A stretch of 64,000 bases of DNA from Escherichia phage ukendt: sequence record NC_052661.1; one strand, written 5' to 3'. The notes under the pieces were generated by a model, which searched no databases, had not been told where the DNA came from, and saw only the letters and a list, made by a program, of their open reading frames with translations. The position numbers and the translations under genes were made by a program. Below are positions 53,163-62,448 of the stretch, one piece after another. Positions within the stretch are counted from its first letter, which is position 1. Each line of letters begins with the position of its first letter.

Positions 53163-53353
53163 AAAAATGCCTCCAGGTATTTTGAACAATGATAAGCTAA
53201 GAAACAAGAAACTACCGCATACCCAACTCCAGACATACATGAATCAATCACAACACATACGGTTCTTTTCTTTGAATTCTTAGGAAAGTTTTCCGAAGCA
53301 TTCATACAATAAAAAGAAAGCACACTGAAAACAATTAAAATGGCTAAGAACAT
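53159..53353 (-). CDS. hypothetical small membrane protein (64 aa)
   Basis: ORF track. Confidence 0.4.
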   Translation of the reverse strand: MFLAILIVFSVLSFYCMNASENFPKNSKKRTVCVVIDSCMSGVGYAVVSCFLAYHCSKYLEAFL

Positions 53354-53362
53354 TTTTCCTCC

Positions 53363-54490
53363 TTACTCTGCTGGTTCCCAAGTGCCTGGGATCATTTCTC
53401 GAATACGAACACCAACAGGTTTTGTTGGAATACCTTCATCTGAAAATTCTTCATACTCTATTTCAACGAACTGATTAATCAAGGTAGAAGCATTCTCTGC
53501 TTTACGATAATTGATAGTCTCATGAGCATCTTTACGCATTAAGAATTCGACTACTTTACCATTTTCCATCTCACCTGTCAACACTCCATCACCATTTTTA
53601 TCACTTTTTGAATTTGTTACTTTAACTTCAAGGGTGTGGCGAGGCTTACGTTTAATAACGTCATAAGAACGTTTATCAAATTCGTAAACTCCGTTAGCAT
53701 TACGATATACTACACCTTCAGCTTTCTCAAGTAAAGCTTTTTCATAGAAAGCATCAAACTGTTCTTGGTTTTCAATATACTCTGTATGAACTACGCAAAT
53801 AAGCTCGTCAAGACCATAATCTTCAACTACTGCCTTAAGAGCAGCAAGAACATCAACACGTTTTTCAAACGGTAGATCTGGAACTGGAATATCATATACG
53901 TAATAATTCAGCAAAGGTGTATTTGCATTATGCTTCTTCCAGGCACTGTTAATTTGTTGCAGACTAAGGACACCTAACCCAGCAAACACTTCACCATCAA
54001 GAGGATGACCAACAACTTCACTAATAAAGTTTGGAATACCTTTCCAATGAGGTGGCAGGTTATACACTTCCCCAGCTTTTGATAAACACTCTCCTTTCAT
54101 GTTAATCATAGAACGTAACCCGTTCAGTTTGTATTGTGCATAACCAGGGAACACAACCCTTTCAGGATAATCTTTATAATCCTGGCATTTCATTGGTGTG
54201 GAAGGAACATGGTTTTCAGCTTCTTCTTTTGTTTTATAATAGCCATTCTTTAACTGTTTTGTCCATTTGGCAAAAGCTTCAAGTTCAGCTTGTTCTTCCG
54301 GTGTTGTTTCATTGGAACGACCAATGTTTTTTGCTTCTGCTGTATAAGATTTTTCTGTGATTTTTCCACCTACTCTTCCATGAGCTACAGTAACAACTGC
54401 ACCATCTGTATACACTGTCCACTGTTTAAGTTTTCCTTTTGAATCTTTACCATACAGCGTTTGATTTGTTTGTTGCATCAGTCCTCCCAT
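53363..54490 (-). CDS. ATP-dependent polynucleotide ligase (nucleotidyltransferase superfamily; DNA or RNA ligase)
   Basis: motif I KLNGLR, motif IV EGVVYR, motif V K-x-K. Confidence 0.55.
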   Translation of the reverse strand: MGGLMQQTNQTLYGKDSKGKLKQWTVYTDGAVVTVAHGRVGGKITEKSYTAEAKNIGRSNETTPEEQAELEAFAKWTKQLKNGYYKTKEEAENHVPSTPMKCQDYKDYPERVVFPGYAQYKLNGLRSMINMKGECLSKAGEVYNLPPHWKGIPNFISEVVGHPLDGEVFAGLGVLSLQQINSAWKKHNANTPLLNYYVYDIPVPDLPFEKRVDVLAALKAVVEDYGLDELICVVHTEYIENQEQFDAFYEKALLEKAEGVVYRNANGVYEFDKRSYDVIKRKPRHTLEVKVTNSKSDKNGDGVLTGEMENGKVVEFLMRKDAHETINYRKAENASTLINQFVEIEYEEFSDEGIPTKPVGVRIREMIPGTWEPAE

Positions 54491-54699
54491 TTAAAAACTG
54501 AAATTTTCAATCTATTACACACTTCATCCAAATCTGCGTCGAGTAACGTTGTAGATGTTGCCAATATGTAATCAATGCTTGTGAAACCTTGTCCTTTGGC
54601 ATAGTCAAGCATATCTTCATACATATCTTCAAGATCACCGTCATCAAAAGTAGCTAGAAAATCCTCGTCTCCGCTACGAACATAAAATGCAGTACTCAT
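54478..54699 (-). CDS. hypothetical acidic protein (73 aa)
   Basis: ORF track. Confidence 0.45.
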   Translation of the reverse strand: MSTAFYVRSGDEDFLATFDDGDLEDMYEDMLDYAKGQGFTSIDYILATSTTLLDADLDEVCNRLKISVFKWED

Positions 54700-54887
54700 T
54701 CTTCTTCATCCCAAGATTCAAAAGCACAACAATCATCGGTTTCTATAATACCAACACGTCCGCAGGTATTGCAAGTGATTTTATCCCCGTAGAATAAATA
54801 ATTTTTATCACCCTCTGTGTTTACAGTTATGTCATTACTACCACAAGGGCAAGTCAGCCAACCAACAACAACGATATCTTTTTTCAT
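54696..54887 (-). CDS. hypothetical zinc-ribbon protein (63 aa)
   Basis: ORF track; CPCG...CNTCG. Confidence 0.45.
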   Translation of the reverse strand: MKKDIVVVGWLTCPCGSNDITVNTEGDKNYLFYGDKITCNTCGRVGIIETDDCCAFESWDEEE

Positions 54888-54896
54888 AATCCCTCC

Positions 54897-55223
54897 TTAA
54901 GCGTTAAGTTCGTTGTTGAGTTCGTAAATCTCTTCTTGAAGAGCATCAATCTCTTCCTCCAAACGGGAGATCTCTTCTCTTAGATATACCATTTCGGATT
55001 CTTTCTCTTCTAATTCATTTTCAAATTTTACTTTATTAGCCTCATTTTCATAATGCAGTTCAGCGTAATCATCACGCATTTGTTCAATAAGATGAATCAG
55101 AGACAAGATATAATTGTCTCCCGTTTCATCACGCCACTCTTCACCGTGACGGAGAACGGTAATTCGTCCAGTATCTTCATCTAAAATTGTCTCATATTTA
55201 CGATCATCTGTATAAATCTGCAT
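54897..55223 (-). CDS. hypothetical coiled-coil protein (108 aa)
   Basis: ORF track. Confidence 0.45.
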   Translation of the reverse strand: MQIYTDDRKYETILDEDTGRITVLRHGEEWRDETGDNYILSLIHLIEQMRDDYAELHYENEANKVKFENELEEKESEMVYLREEISRLEEEIDALQEEIYELNNELNA

Positions 55224-55232
55224 TATTTCTCC

Positions 55233-55637
55233 TTATTGAAGTTTAAGTGAACCACGAAGACGTTTCTCTTGCTGATCACGGATATATTGTGGAACCTCGT
55301 GAATTGAATCATTACCGTGCCTATTTTCAACAACTAAAGAGATAACTTGATAACCAAACTCTTCAGCAAGAGCTAGATAAGGTTTAAGTTCTTTCTCTGT
55401 GGTTGAAGTATTAGAAACAATAATCTTGTTAAGATTAGATGCCATAGCATCACGAACAATACCCTGACACCATGCGTGTGCTTTACCTACATTTTCTGGC
55501 TTCCAATCGTAAACACCACTCTCTGTGTAATGATATTGATCTGCCTCACAGATAGGCCAATAACCTTCAGAAATAATTTCTGCTACTGTAGATTTACCAG
55601 CACCTGAAACGCCACGTAAAATGATAAGTTGTTTCAT
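55233..55637 (-). CDS. P-loop polynucleotide kinase-like protein (T4 Pnk kinase-domain-like)
   Basis: Walker A GVSGAGKST in a 134-aa protein immediately downstream of the RNA ligase. Confidence 0.55.
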   Translation of the reverse strand: MKQLIILRGVSGAGKSTVAEIISEGYWPICEADQYHYTESGVYDWKPENVGKAHAWCQGIVRDAMASNLNKIIVSNTSTTEKELKPYLALAEEFGYQVISLVVENRHGNDSIHEVPQYIRDQQEKRLRGSLKLQ

Positions 55638-56570
55638 TTATCCTCCAAAAAAGTTTTCGATTTTTTCACGTCGCTCTTGCTGATTTAAAGCAGCCCATTG
55701 AATCTTCGTAAAATTATTTCGAATCCATTCTAACAAAGCGTAATATTCTTCGTCAACCATTTGTTTGGCATTTTTTGGATTATCCCAAATCAGATCCCAC
55801 TTTTTATCTCCACCGCGCATAAGAAACTTCTTAGTAAGATAGTGTGGTGATTTAATTTTTAAAAGTAAGTTGAACGGATAGTTTGTTTCACGAACTACAA
55901 ACCCTTCGTGTTTACAATGTTTAGACATTTCAACAACATCTGAAAACTTAACCATTGGATGAACTTCAGGACGCTTAAATTTGGTGACAGAAGCAATTCC
56001 ATCAAGAGCACCTTCAGGTAACATAAAACTTGTCCCATCAGGATTTTGAATTCTGGCACCAATTAAGTATGCACCTGGTTCTTCTTCGACAATATGCGGA
56101 TCAGAAGGATCACAGATTTCAAAAAGGAAAGTTGCTTTTGCGCTCTCTGTCCATTTGATGAAATGTTCTATGTCATCACACTCTGAAACAATATGATTCT
56201 TTGCAATACTTGCAAAATCTGATTCAAGGCTTCCTGTTGTCGATACAATAAGTTGACCTTTATATACACCTACAGAGGCCATAAAACCATTTACTTTACG
56301 AACCACATCTACAAGTTCATCCGCTGGTAGATCTGTGCCATTCTCAAAACGATTAAAAATCTTAGTGAAAGGCCAAATAACAACATTGTCATCAGCATCA
56401 ACAACGATTCCGCGACATTCTAGAAGACGAGAATCAATGCTCCATAAGTTATCCCAGAAAACTTTGTTCTTATACTTAAGAACAGATAGACCAGAATACT
56501 CTCCTTCTTTATATGTTTTCTTATGAACTAAACCTTTTTCAACCAAATCGTCGCAATTAAATTTAGTCAC
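55638..56570 (-). CDS. RNA ligase (T4 Rnl1-like)
   Basis: LECRGIVVD...FNRFEN and motif I KVNGFM resemble T4 RnlA as recalled; EGFVVR and LKIK motifs. Confidence 0.7.
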   Translation of the reverse strand: MTKFNCDDLVEKGLVHKKTYKEGEYSGLSVLKYKNKVFWDNLWSIDSRLLECRGIVVDADDNVVIWPFTKIFNRFENGTDLPADELVDVVRKVNGFMASVGVYKGQLIVSTTGSLESDFASIAKNHIVSECDDIEHFIKWTESAKATFLFEICDPSDPHIVEEEPGAYLIGARIQNPDGTSFMLPEGALDGIASVTKFKRPEVHPMVKFSDVVEMSKHCKHEGFVVRETNYPFNLLLKIKSPHYLTKKFLMRGGDKKWDLIWDNPKNAKQMVDEEYYALLEWIRNNFTKIQWAALNQQERREKIENFFGG

Positions 56571-56571
56571 A

Positions 56572-57123
56572 TTACTCTCCTTTGATTATTTTGTGATGGT
56601 CTACAGTCACGATATCTCGTTTACTCATCATAGAAATTATCTCATCAAAATGCAAGATTTTTCCGTGTGCATCCCAACCCACATCTAACATTTTACCATA
56701 AGCTTCATCAGGGAAAGATCCGTGGGAATGCCCATGTAGCATGATTGATCCACGACCTTGTTTATTCCAGGAGGCAATAGGGTAATGACTTAAGACGAAG
56801 AACAGCTTCTGGTATTTCACTTCGTCATAATACACCACTTCGCCATACTCTGCAAGCACTTCTCGGTGTTTGCTGTAGTCATGGTTCCCAACACAGTAGG
56901 TGATATCTCCTTGGAGACGGGAAGCAATTTTACGGGTATCTTCTTCAGTTCCGAAACAGAAGTCGCCCAAATGCCACATCTTAACACCAGGAGTAGTAGC
57001 ACATTTGTTCCATGCTTCGATCAAGGCTTCTGTCATGTGGTCCATATCTTCCCACGGACGATATTCAGGAGCAAACTCTCGAATACGTTTATGCATAAAA
57101 TGCAAATCGCTTGTAATAAACAT
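56572..57123 (-). CDS. calcineurin-like metallophosphoesterase
   Basis: DLHF, GDFCFG, GNHD, GHSH metal-binding motifs. Confidence 0.7.
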   Translation of the reverse strand: MFITSDLHFMHKRIREFAPEYRPWEDMDHMTEALIEAWNKCATTPGVKMWHLGDFCFGTEEDTRKIASRLQGDITYCVGNHDYSKHREVLAEYGEVVYYDEVKYQKLFFVLSHYPIASWNKQGRGSIMLHGHSHGSFPDEAYGKMLDVGWDAHGKILHFDEIISMMSKRDIVTVDHHKIIKGE

Positions 57124-57479
57124 TAGTATAATCCCTCGCTAAATAATTCATGATCGTGACCATTACGCTCATGGTCGATCTGGTCAGCATTTTCCGCGAT
57201 GATGTAAGCATCCGCACGACTCCACCAATTGTAATACTGATCGATAAAGCCTTGATTATCTGGTGTGCACAAAGTTTTGTTGATTACACCTGCTTCTTTC
57301 AACACGTTTAACTGTGCATATAGTACAGGATTTGCATGTCGAACACAAGGAATAATTAACTCTTCACCATTATTCAAAATATACTTATTTGCAGCACAGA
57401 CGATAACACGTTGCGCATAATGACCCTCACCCATCCAGGTAAGAGGTTGGTAACAAATATTGTTTTCAATACCACTCAT
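57123..57479 (-). CDS. hypothetical protein (118 aa)
   Basis: ORF track. Confidence 0.5.
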   Translation of the reverse strand: MSGIENNICYQPLTWMGEGHYAQRVIVCAANKYILNNGEELIIPCVRHANPVLYAQLNVLKEAGVINKTLCTPDNQGFIDQYYNWWSRADAYIIAENADQIDHERNGHDHELFSEGLY

Positions 57480-57638
57480 TGTTTCCTAATCCTCCTCTCT
57501 TAAGTTATCCTCGAAAAAACTAGTGTCTGGAAGTAAAAGATCATTACTTGTGTCGGGCCAATCCTCTTCTTCTCGGTAGATAAAGTAACCTTCGTCCTCT
57601 TCTTGTTCCGACCAAACCGAATGATGCATGTTCTCTCC

Positions 57639-57995
57639 TTAATAGTGCACACGAATCATTTTAATACCATAACGCAGCATGGATTCTTTTGCAAGCATGA
57701 ATTTATCCCCAGCGGCGGGATTAGAAGTATGCACGAAAATGGTAGGTGAACCAAAGCAAGGTTTACCAAACGCCAAAAGTTCTTCCAGGCGCAGGAAAAC
57801 ATCATACCCATCTTGGTCAGAATCTTCACCCAAATCGTTGTCAAAATGCCACTCGTCTACAAAACGATAACCCTTCTGCACCTCGTTCATGTAGCGAGAG
57901 GCAAGAAGTTCCTGTGATGTTTTAAACCAGATTGCATCTGGACAACCATAATCTTTTGGATCACGTAAATCATCAAGCCAAATAATAGTACCCAT
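57639..57995 (-). CDS. hypothetical protein (118 aa)
   Basis: ORF track. Confidence 0.5.
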   Translation of the reverse strand: MGTIIWLDDLRDPKDYGCPDAIWFKTSQELLASRYMNEVQKGYRFVDEWHFDNDLGEDSDQDGYDVFLRLEELLAFGKPCFGSPTIFVHTSNPAAGDKFMLAKESMLRYGIKMIRVHY

Positions 57996-58005
57996 ATAAC
58001 CTCCT

Positions 58006-58476
58006 CTAAGCTGGCATGATTAAAAAAGAACTCTCCACTTCAAAATGCCAATCATCTACAAGCCCTGATTCCCAATCCTTCTCTTCATGGAAAGAGCAAA
58101 TCCAACGGTACATACCTGGCGGTGTATTCTCAACATCTTCTGGCAACCCATAATCCAAAGCTGTCTTACCGTTCTCGGTAAAACCAGGATGGAGATTAGG
58201 AGCTTTCAGTACAGAAACCATACCTCCAACATCTACAGCCACGATCCACTCTGTCATGTATGGGCTGTCATATTGAGGCTCATCAGAACCTACCTCAACA
58301 GCCTCTGTGCGTAAGATGATAATAGCCTGCTCTGTGATTGGGGCTTTGACAATATACCCGTGATCCTCAAAAAGATCGATAACCTCGAACTCATCGCCGT
58401 TTTCGATACCATAGCTCTTATTCAAAGAGATAAACTTCGGGTTATCATCGTAAGCTTTAGTTACTTTAATTTTCAT
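58006..58476 (-). CDS. hypothetical protein (156 aa)
   Basis: ORF track. Confidence 0.5.
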   Translation of the reverse strand: MKIKVTKAYDDNPKFISLNKSYGIENGDEFEVIDLFEDHGYIVKAPITEQAIIILRTEAVEVGSDEPQYDSPYMTEWIVAVDVGGMVSVLKAPNLHPGFTENGKTALDYGLPEDVENTPPGMYRWICSFHEEKDWESGLVDDWHFEVESSFLIMPA

Positions 58477-58697
58477 TTTTCCTCCTTCACTTTAACCTCA
58501 AATTCTACAGGCTTACCCTCAATGTAAAAACACTGATACTCTGCCTTATCATCCTCATCACGAGGCCAAGTTACCAAGGAGTTATAGCAATCTTCTGGTG
58601 CTTTGAAGATGGTTTTAGTCTCCACAGTAACATTCCCATTAAGTGTTGCCAATACCACCCACCCAGCTACAGGGATCATAGTGCCTCCACTTTCCAC
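58473..58697 (-). CDS. hypothetical protein (74 aa)
   Basis: ORF track. Confidence 0.45.
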   Translation of the reverse strand: MESGGTMIPVAGWVVLATLNGNVTVETKTIFKAPEDCYNSLVTWPRDEDDKAEYQCFYIEGKPVEFEVKVKEEK

Positions 58698-58858
58698 GTT
58701 TTACCCTTATCAACCAAGGTCTTTGCTACAGCATACTCCTTCCCATTAACAATGAAATAATAAACTATAAAAGATTTTCCGATTGTTACTGTCTTAGTAA
58801 CCTCTACGCGTTTAACACCTTGCATGTATTTCGCCTTACCGGAATAAAGTAAAATCAT
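58676..58858 (-). CDS. hypothetical protein (60 aa)
   Basis: ORF track. Confidence 0.4.
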   Translation of the reverse strand: MILLYSGKAKYMQGVKRVEVTKTVTIGKSFIVYYFIVNGKEYAVAKTLVDKGKTWKVEAL

Positions 58859-59136
58859 TTTGCATTCCTCTTATTATTGATAACATCCATAGCAGTATAT
58901 GGTTTATTAGTGCCATGATACTCCAGAATCATTGGAGAGCCTTCTTGCACTACTTCAAAAATACCATAAACAGAACTTTCAGCAAATACCATTTGCTTCG
59001 TGCCTTCATCGTTTACAACGAGAGAAAACTTCTTGCCTGTCCCGTTGAGGATCTCGTATTTCTTGCCAGCAGTGAATAATCCAGAGTACCACTCGTTATC
59101 TGTTGCTTTTACACACTTCAGGAAAGTCTTGATCAT
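58855..59136 (-). CDS. hypothetical protein (93 aa)
   Basis: ORF track. Confidence 0.45.
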   Translation of the reverse strand: MIKTFLKCVKATDNEWYSGLFTAGKKYEILNGTGKKFSLVVNDEGTKQMVFAESSVYGIFEVVQEGSPMILEYHGTNKPYTAMDVINNKRNAK

Positions 59137-59486
59137 TTCTTTTTGCTCCTCTTTTTAGATTTCTCATACAAACCTAACACAGCCGCCTCTTTTGCACAAG
59201 TAGGAACTGAAGTCATTCCTCTTCGTTTTGCTTCTGGTAGTTGCAAAGTCCATATTCCCCACCAATAAATTTGGTCTGCCGTGAGTGGTTCAGCCATTGG
59301 ATCTGCCTCCTGCTCCTCAAGACGTTGCAACGCTTCTTCAATCTTCTCGATTGGTGTGTCAAAGACGAATGCCTCCGTATCAAATTTATCTTTCTTAGGA
59401 ACTGATTTGGCTACTTTGAGAACCTCGTTTTTCGGTTTCTTAGTAACGTTCTTTGGCTTTGATAACTTCTTCGGTGTTTTCGCCAC
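59133..59486 (-). CDS. hypothetical Lys-rich basic protein (117 aa)
   Basis: ORF track; basic N- and C-termini. Confidence 0.45.
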   Translation of the reverse strand: MAKTPKKLSKPKNVTKKPKNEVLKVAKSVPKKDKFDTEAFVFDTPIEKIEEALQRLEEQEADPMAEPLTADQIYWWGIWTLQLPEAKRRGMTSVPTCAKEAAVLGLYEKSKKRSKKK

Positions 59487-59679
59487 TTACTACCTCCATA
59501 CGATCTAAAAAGTCATTCACAAATCTCCAGTAACGTTGACCTGTTCTAAGATCTTCATAGATAACCACAGGATCAAACACTTTAGATATTCCGGCAGGTT
59601 TTGGAAATTCCACTACCGTATATAAACCACCTTTTGCTACACAAGAATAGGTTACGCCTGTAATTGGATAGTTGCTCAT
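59440..59679 (-). CDS. hypothetical protein (79 aa)
   Basis: ORF track. Confidence 0.45.
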   Translation of the reverse strand: MSNYPITGVTYSCVAKGGLYTVVEFPKPAGISKVFDPVVIYEDLRTGQRYWRFVNDFLDRMEVVSGENTEEVIKAKERY

Positions 59680-59870
59680 TTCTTTACGTACTCCATGATT
59701 GGGGTATGGTCGCCAGTAAGTGTAACACGGCTGTAGGACACATCTTGTGTCTTCAGTGTATCAATCCACTCTAAGAAGTGTTCTTTCGCTTCTGTGTAGT
59801 TCTGTGTGCCTTTAACAACGTGTATACCATCTAGAGTTACACGGAATACCATTTGAATAACGTCTTTCAT
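59676..59870 (-). CDS. hypothetical protein (64 aa)
   Basis: ORF track. Confidence 0.45.
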   Translation of the reverse strand: MKDVIQMVFRVTLDGIHVVKGTQNYTEAKEHFLEWIDTLKTQDVSYSRVTLTGDHTPIMEYVKK

Positions 59871-59983
59871 TTCTTACCTCCTTTGTTGTCAAAATAACTT
59901 ACCAGAACATCGTGAACCACACACATGGCAAAAATCAGAACAATTGTTGTCAGGACTGGATTCTCACTAATTAGTGCTATCAT
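59867..59983 (-). CDS. hypothetical small membrane peptide
   Basis: Internal Met start chosen to limit overlap with upstream gene. Confidence 0.3.
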   Translation of the reverse strand: MIALISENPVLTTIVLIFAMCVVHDVLVSYFDNKGGKK

Positions 59984-60290
59984 CTTTAACCACCTCCAAT
60001 TGCCTTTCGAGTTTGACTTTGTTTGAGAACTGATAATGACACAACTTACATTGCATGTCAACAATCTGATCGTGATTTAACCCTACAATTTTAACTTCCT
60101 TTGCACCATCCCATTCCAAATACTCAAAGCCATCCAAATGATTACTCTTGTCCAACAGGAATGCTATCTGCTGCCATTCAATCTGAATATCATTTAAATG
60201 ATATGCTGCACAGAAGATATCCTCATAGTAAAAGACGACCATTGTCATTGCTTCGTCCAGTACAACTACCTCTTGTCTTGTAAATCTCAT
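59967..60290 (-). CDS. hypothetical protein (107 aa), first gene of minus-strand block
   Basis: ORF track. Confidence 0.5.
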   Translation of the reverse strand: MRFTRQEVVVLDEAMTMVVFYYEDIFCAAYHLNDIQIEWQQIAFLLDKSNHLDGFEYLEWDGAKEVKIVGLNHDQIVDMQCKLCHYQFSNKVKLERQLEVVKDDSTN

Positions 60291-60299
60291 TCTAGCCTC

Positions 60300-60770
60300 C
60301 TAAACGCGTCTCTGACGCACTTTTTATATATAAGATGATAAATCACCTTACCTAGTAAGTAAACTTGCTCTACGAGCCTCTTATGAAGCTTATGTTATAG
60401 GCTATACTATTGCTACCTGTTTAAGCAAGGTTTTTGCACACAGAAAATAATTTTTAATAAAACTCTTGACTTTTGTGTTCGAAGTATGCTACCCTAGAAA
60501 TCTATTAACGAGCGAAGCGAGTTAAGGTTTTAGGTTGTTGATGTAGTACTCTGTACTCAAGTACTGTACTCCGTACTAGATTAATAATTATTAAATATTA
60601 ATAATAAATAATTATTAGATCTAACAAACAGGTACAGTGTATCAGAACTGGTACGTACAGATCAACTTCTATCAATTAAAAAATAAAATAATAAATTATT
60701 ATAAATAATACTTGATCTATAGATCAGTATGAAGTATAGTACGGAACATCTTAACAAGAATGGAGGTGTG
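60300..60770. other. divergent intergenic control region with GTACT repeat cluster (60544-60577) and AT-only palindromes (60581-60618)
   Basis: no ORFs; GTACT occurs 5 times in 34 bp; TTAATAATTATTAA is a perfect palindrome. Confidence 0.5.
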
Positions 60771-60772
60771 CA

Positions 60773-60958
60773 ATGATTAGTGAGAATCCGTGCAAATGGC
60801 ATCATGTGCCTATTAAAGATTGTATGTCTTGTAATCCACGTTCTATTTATAACATTGCATCTTATGATGATGACAATGTGTTAGACGATGATGAAGGCTG
60901 GGAGGATTTAGATTGGACTGGTTATGAAACCAAAAAGGATAAAATTATTCCTAGTTGA
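60773..60958 (+). CDS. hypothetical protein (61 aa)
   Basis: ORF track; RBS gaatggaggtgtgca. Confidence 0.5.
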   Translation: MISENPCKWHHVPIKDCMSCNPRSIYNIASYDDDNVLDDDEGWEDLDWTGYETKKDKIIPS

Positions 60959-60995
60959 CTTAAGATATCCTTCGTGCTAAACTAGAAATGAGGAG

Positions 60996-61247
60996 ATGCC
61001 GATCACTCCCCATTTGGGGTTCGAAGGATATATGCAAAATAGCTTTTATTTTAGGTGCCGTGCTTGTAATAGGCATTTGACAAACCACTCCAGACGTGAT
61101 AAAAATGGAGTCATCAAGGAATCAGACCTCTGTTCTATTTGCACAGGTTTGGCTTTTGATGATAGTCCCGAAAGGGTTTATCAGCATCAATGTATAACAG
61201 ACGTTCTCGTGTCAAACTTGGTAGAGGACGAACAACTAACAGATTAG
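60996..61247 (+). CDS. hypothetical zinc-finger protein (83 aa)
   Basis: ORF track; CRACNRH...CSIC. Confidence 0.5.
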   Translation: MPITPHLGFEGYMQNSFYFRCRACNRHLTNHSRRDKNGVIKESDLCSICTGLAFDDSPERVYQHQCITDVLVSNLVEDEQLTD

Positions 61248-61255
61248 GAGGAACA

Positions 61256-61504
61256 ATGTCTCTATTAGAAAAACACGTGTTTGAAGATGGTAACGGCAAT
61301 GCAGTTTTTCTTTTCCATCCAGAAAAATACACATCTGAAAACAATGGTACAACTTCTATTGTAATCACTAAAGATGTTAAAGTTATTGATTTCTTGGCTC
61401 TGATGCGAGAGATGGATCTTGAAATTAATACTTTTAACGCAGAAGCTTTGGTTGTTGCTCTTCTGGAAAAGAAAGATAGTGAAGAAGTAGCAGAATATGC
61501 TTAA
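61256..61504 (+). CDS. hypothetical protein (82 aa)
   Basis: In-frame ATG after RBS attaggaggaaca. Confidence 0.5.
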   Translation: MSLLEKHVFEDGNGNAVFLFHPEKYTSENNGTTSIVITKDVKVIDFLALMREMDLEINTFNAEALVVALLEKKDSEEVAEYA

Positions 61505-61512
61505 ATAACTAT

Positions 61513-61542
61513 TGACAAACGTATCCTTCATATGTTAGGATA
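61513..61542 (+). promoter_or_regulatory. promoter TTGACA with TG-n-TAGGAT, upstream of tRNA cluster
   Basis: -35 61513-61518; same TATGTTA(R)GAT architecture as 62100 and 63828. Confidence 0.5.
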
Positions 61543-61751
61543 CGTTCATCAAGTGTGGTAACAGGGTCGTTGACTTTTGTTAAGAGAGGCTTGCACTGCG
61601 GATAGTGTTAGAGACTACTTCTTCAGAGGTTAGCTACCAAAGAGGAAAAGGAATAGTCTCGGCTCAAGAACTTTTACGCTGAAAGTTGGGCTTGGTCTTA
61701 GAGAATGTAGCGGTTCTCTACAATCGTCAGCGTCTCTGTTACCACATTTAT

Positions 61752-61823
61752 GGCCCTGTAGCTCAATGGGAGAGCTGTCGGCTCATAACCGATAGGTAGC
61801 TGGATCGAAACCAGCCAGGGCCA
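61752..61823 (+). tRNA. tRNA, anticodon CAT (elongator Met or lysidine-modified Ile2)
   Basis: cloverleaf folded by eye; anticodon loop CUCAUAA; T-arm GCTGG-ATCGAAA-CCAGC; CCA encoded. Confidence 0.75.
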
Positions 61824-61828
61824 CCAAC

Positions 61829-61900
61829 GTCTTTATGGTGTAATGGATAGCACAGGAGTCTTCTAAACTCTTAGTCAAGGTTCGATTCCTTGTAAAGACA
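61829..61900 (+). tRNA. tRNA-Arg (anticodon TCT)
   Basis: acceptor GTCTTTA/TAAAGAC; loop CTTCTAA; T-loop TTCGATT. Confidence 0.75.
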
Positions 61901-62099
61901 CCAGAACATTTTAACATGAATTAGCTCAAGTGATTTGAACCCACTACTGATCATGGTGGCAGAGAATGAGGTAAGTATGTCAGACATTATAAACAAAGGC
62001 CACGGTTATATTAGAAGACATAAATGCTCGAAGAGCACCGTTCGCTGAGAACGGGGGTTGGTGGAGTCACCATTCATGGTAAAATGTTTTAAAAAACTA

Positions 62100-62128
62100 T
62101 TGACAACTAACACTATTTTATGTTAGAT
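62100..62128 (+). promoter_or_regulatory. promoter TTGACA-N17-TTAGAT inside tRNA cluster
   Basis: hexamers 62100-62105 and 62123-62128, immediately before tRNA-Ser. Confidence 0.5.
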
Positions 62129-62137
62129 TATAAGCAT

Positions 62138-62225
62138 GGAAGGGCAAATCGACGTGGCGACGAAAACGGTCTTGAAAACCGCCGAGCTTGAAAGAGCCTT
62201 GGGAGTTCGACTCTCCCTCCTTCCG
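62138..62225 (+). tRNA. tRNA-Ser (anticodon TGA), class II
   Basis: acceptor GGAAGGG, loop CUUGAAA, long variable arm, discriminator G, CCA encoded; D-arm irregular. Confidence 0.7.
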
Positions 62226-62232
62226 CCAGATT

Positions 62233-62315
62233 GGTAGATTGGTGAAATGGTAGCCACGACAGTTTGCTAAACTGTAGTCGGAAACGGCGTGTAGGTTCGA
62301 GTCCTACATCTACCG
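62233..62315 (+). tRNA. tRNA-Ser (anticodon GCT), class II
   Basis: stem ACAGT/ACTGT, loop TTGCTAA, long variable arm, discriminator G. Confidence 0.75.
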
Positions 62316-62448
62316 CCAAGTTCTTTTTAATGTAGCTTACTTTAGCAGAGTAAATCTTCGGCAAGTGGCGGTAACCACTTTACCGATACCTCATAGTTAG
62401 TGGTGTGAACACTGGCTATTTTAAAAAGAATTTAAATATTAGTATTTA

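Noticed and set aside
61570-61600. Second promoter (TTGACT) in the leader upstream of the first tRNA
   Set aside because: No acceptable -10 hexamer at the right spacing.
61977-62048. 23-aa ORF (MSDIINKGHGYIRRHKCSKSTVR) with an RBS in the tRNA spacer
   Set aside because: Too short to support without conservation or expression data; noted as a possible micro-peptide only.
62128-62364. Minus-strand 78-aa ORF in the tRNA cluster
   Set aside because: It overlaps two well-folded plus-strand tRNA-Ser genes; its sequence is the reverse complement of tRNA stems.
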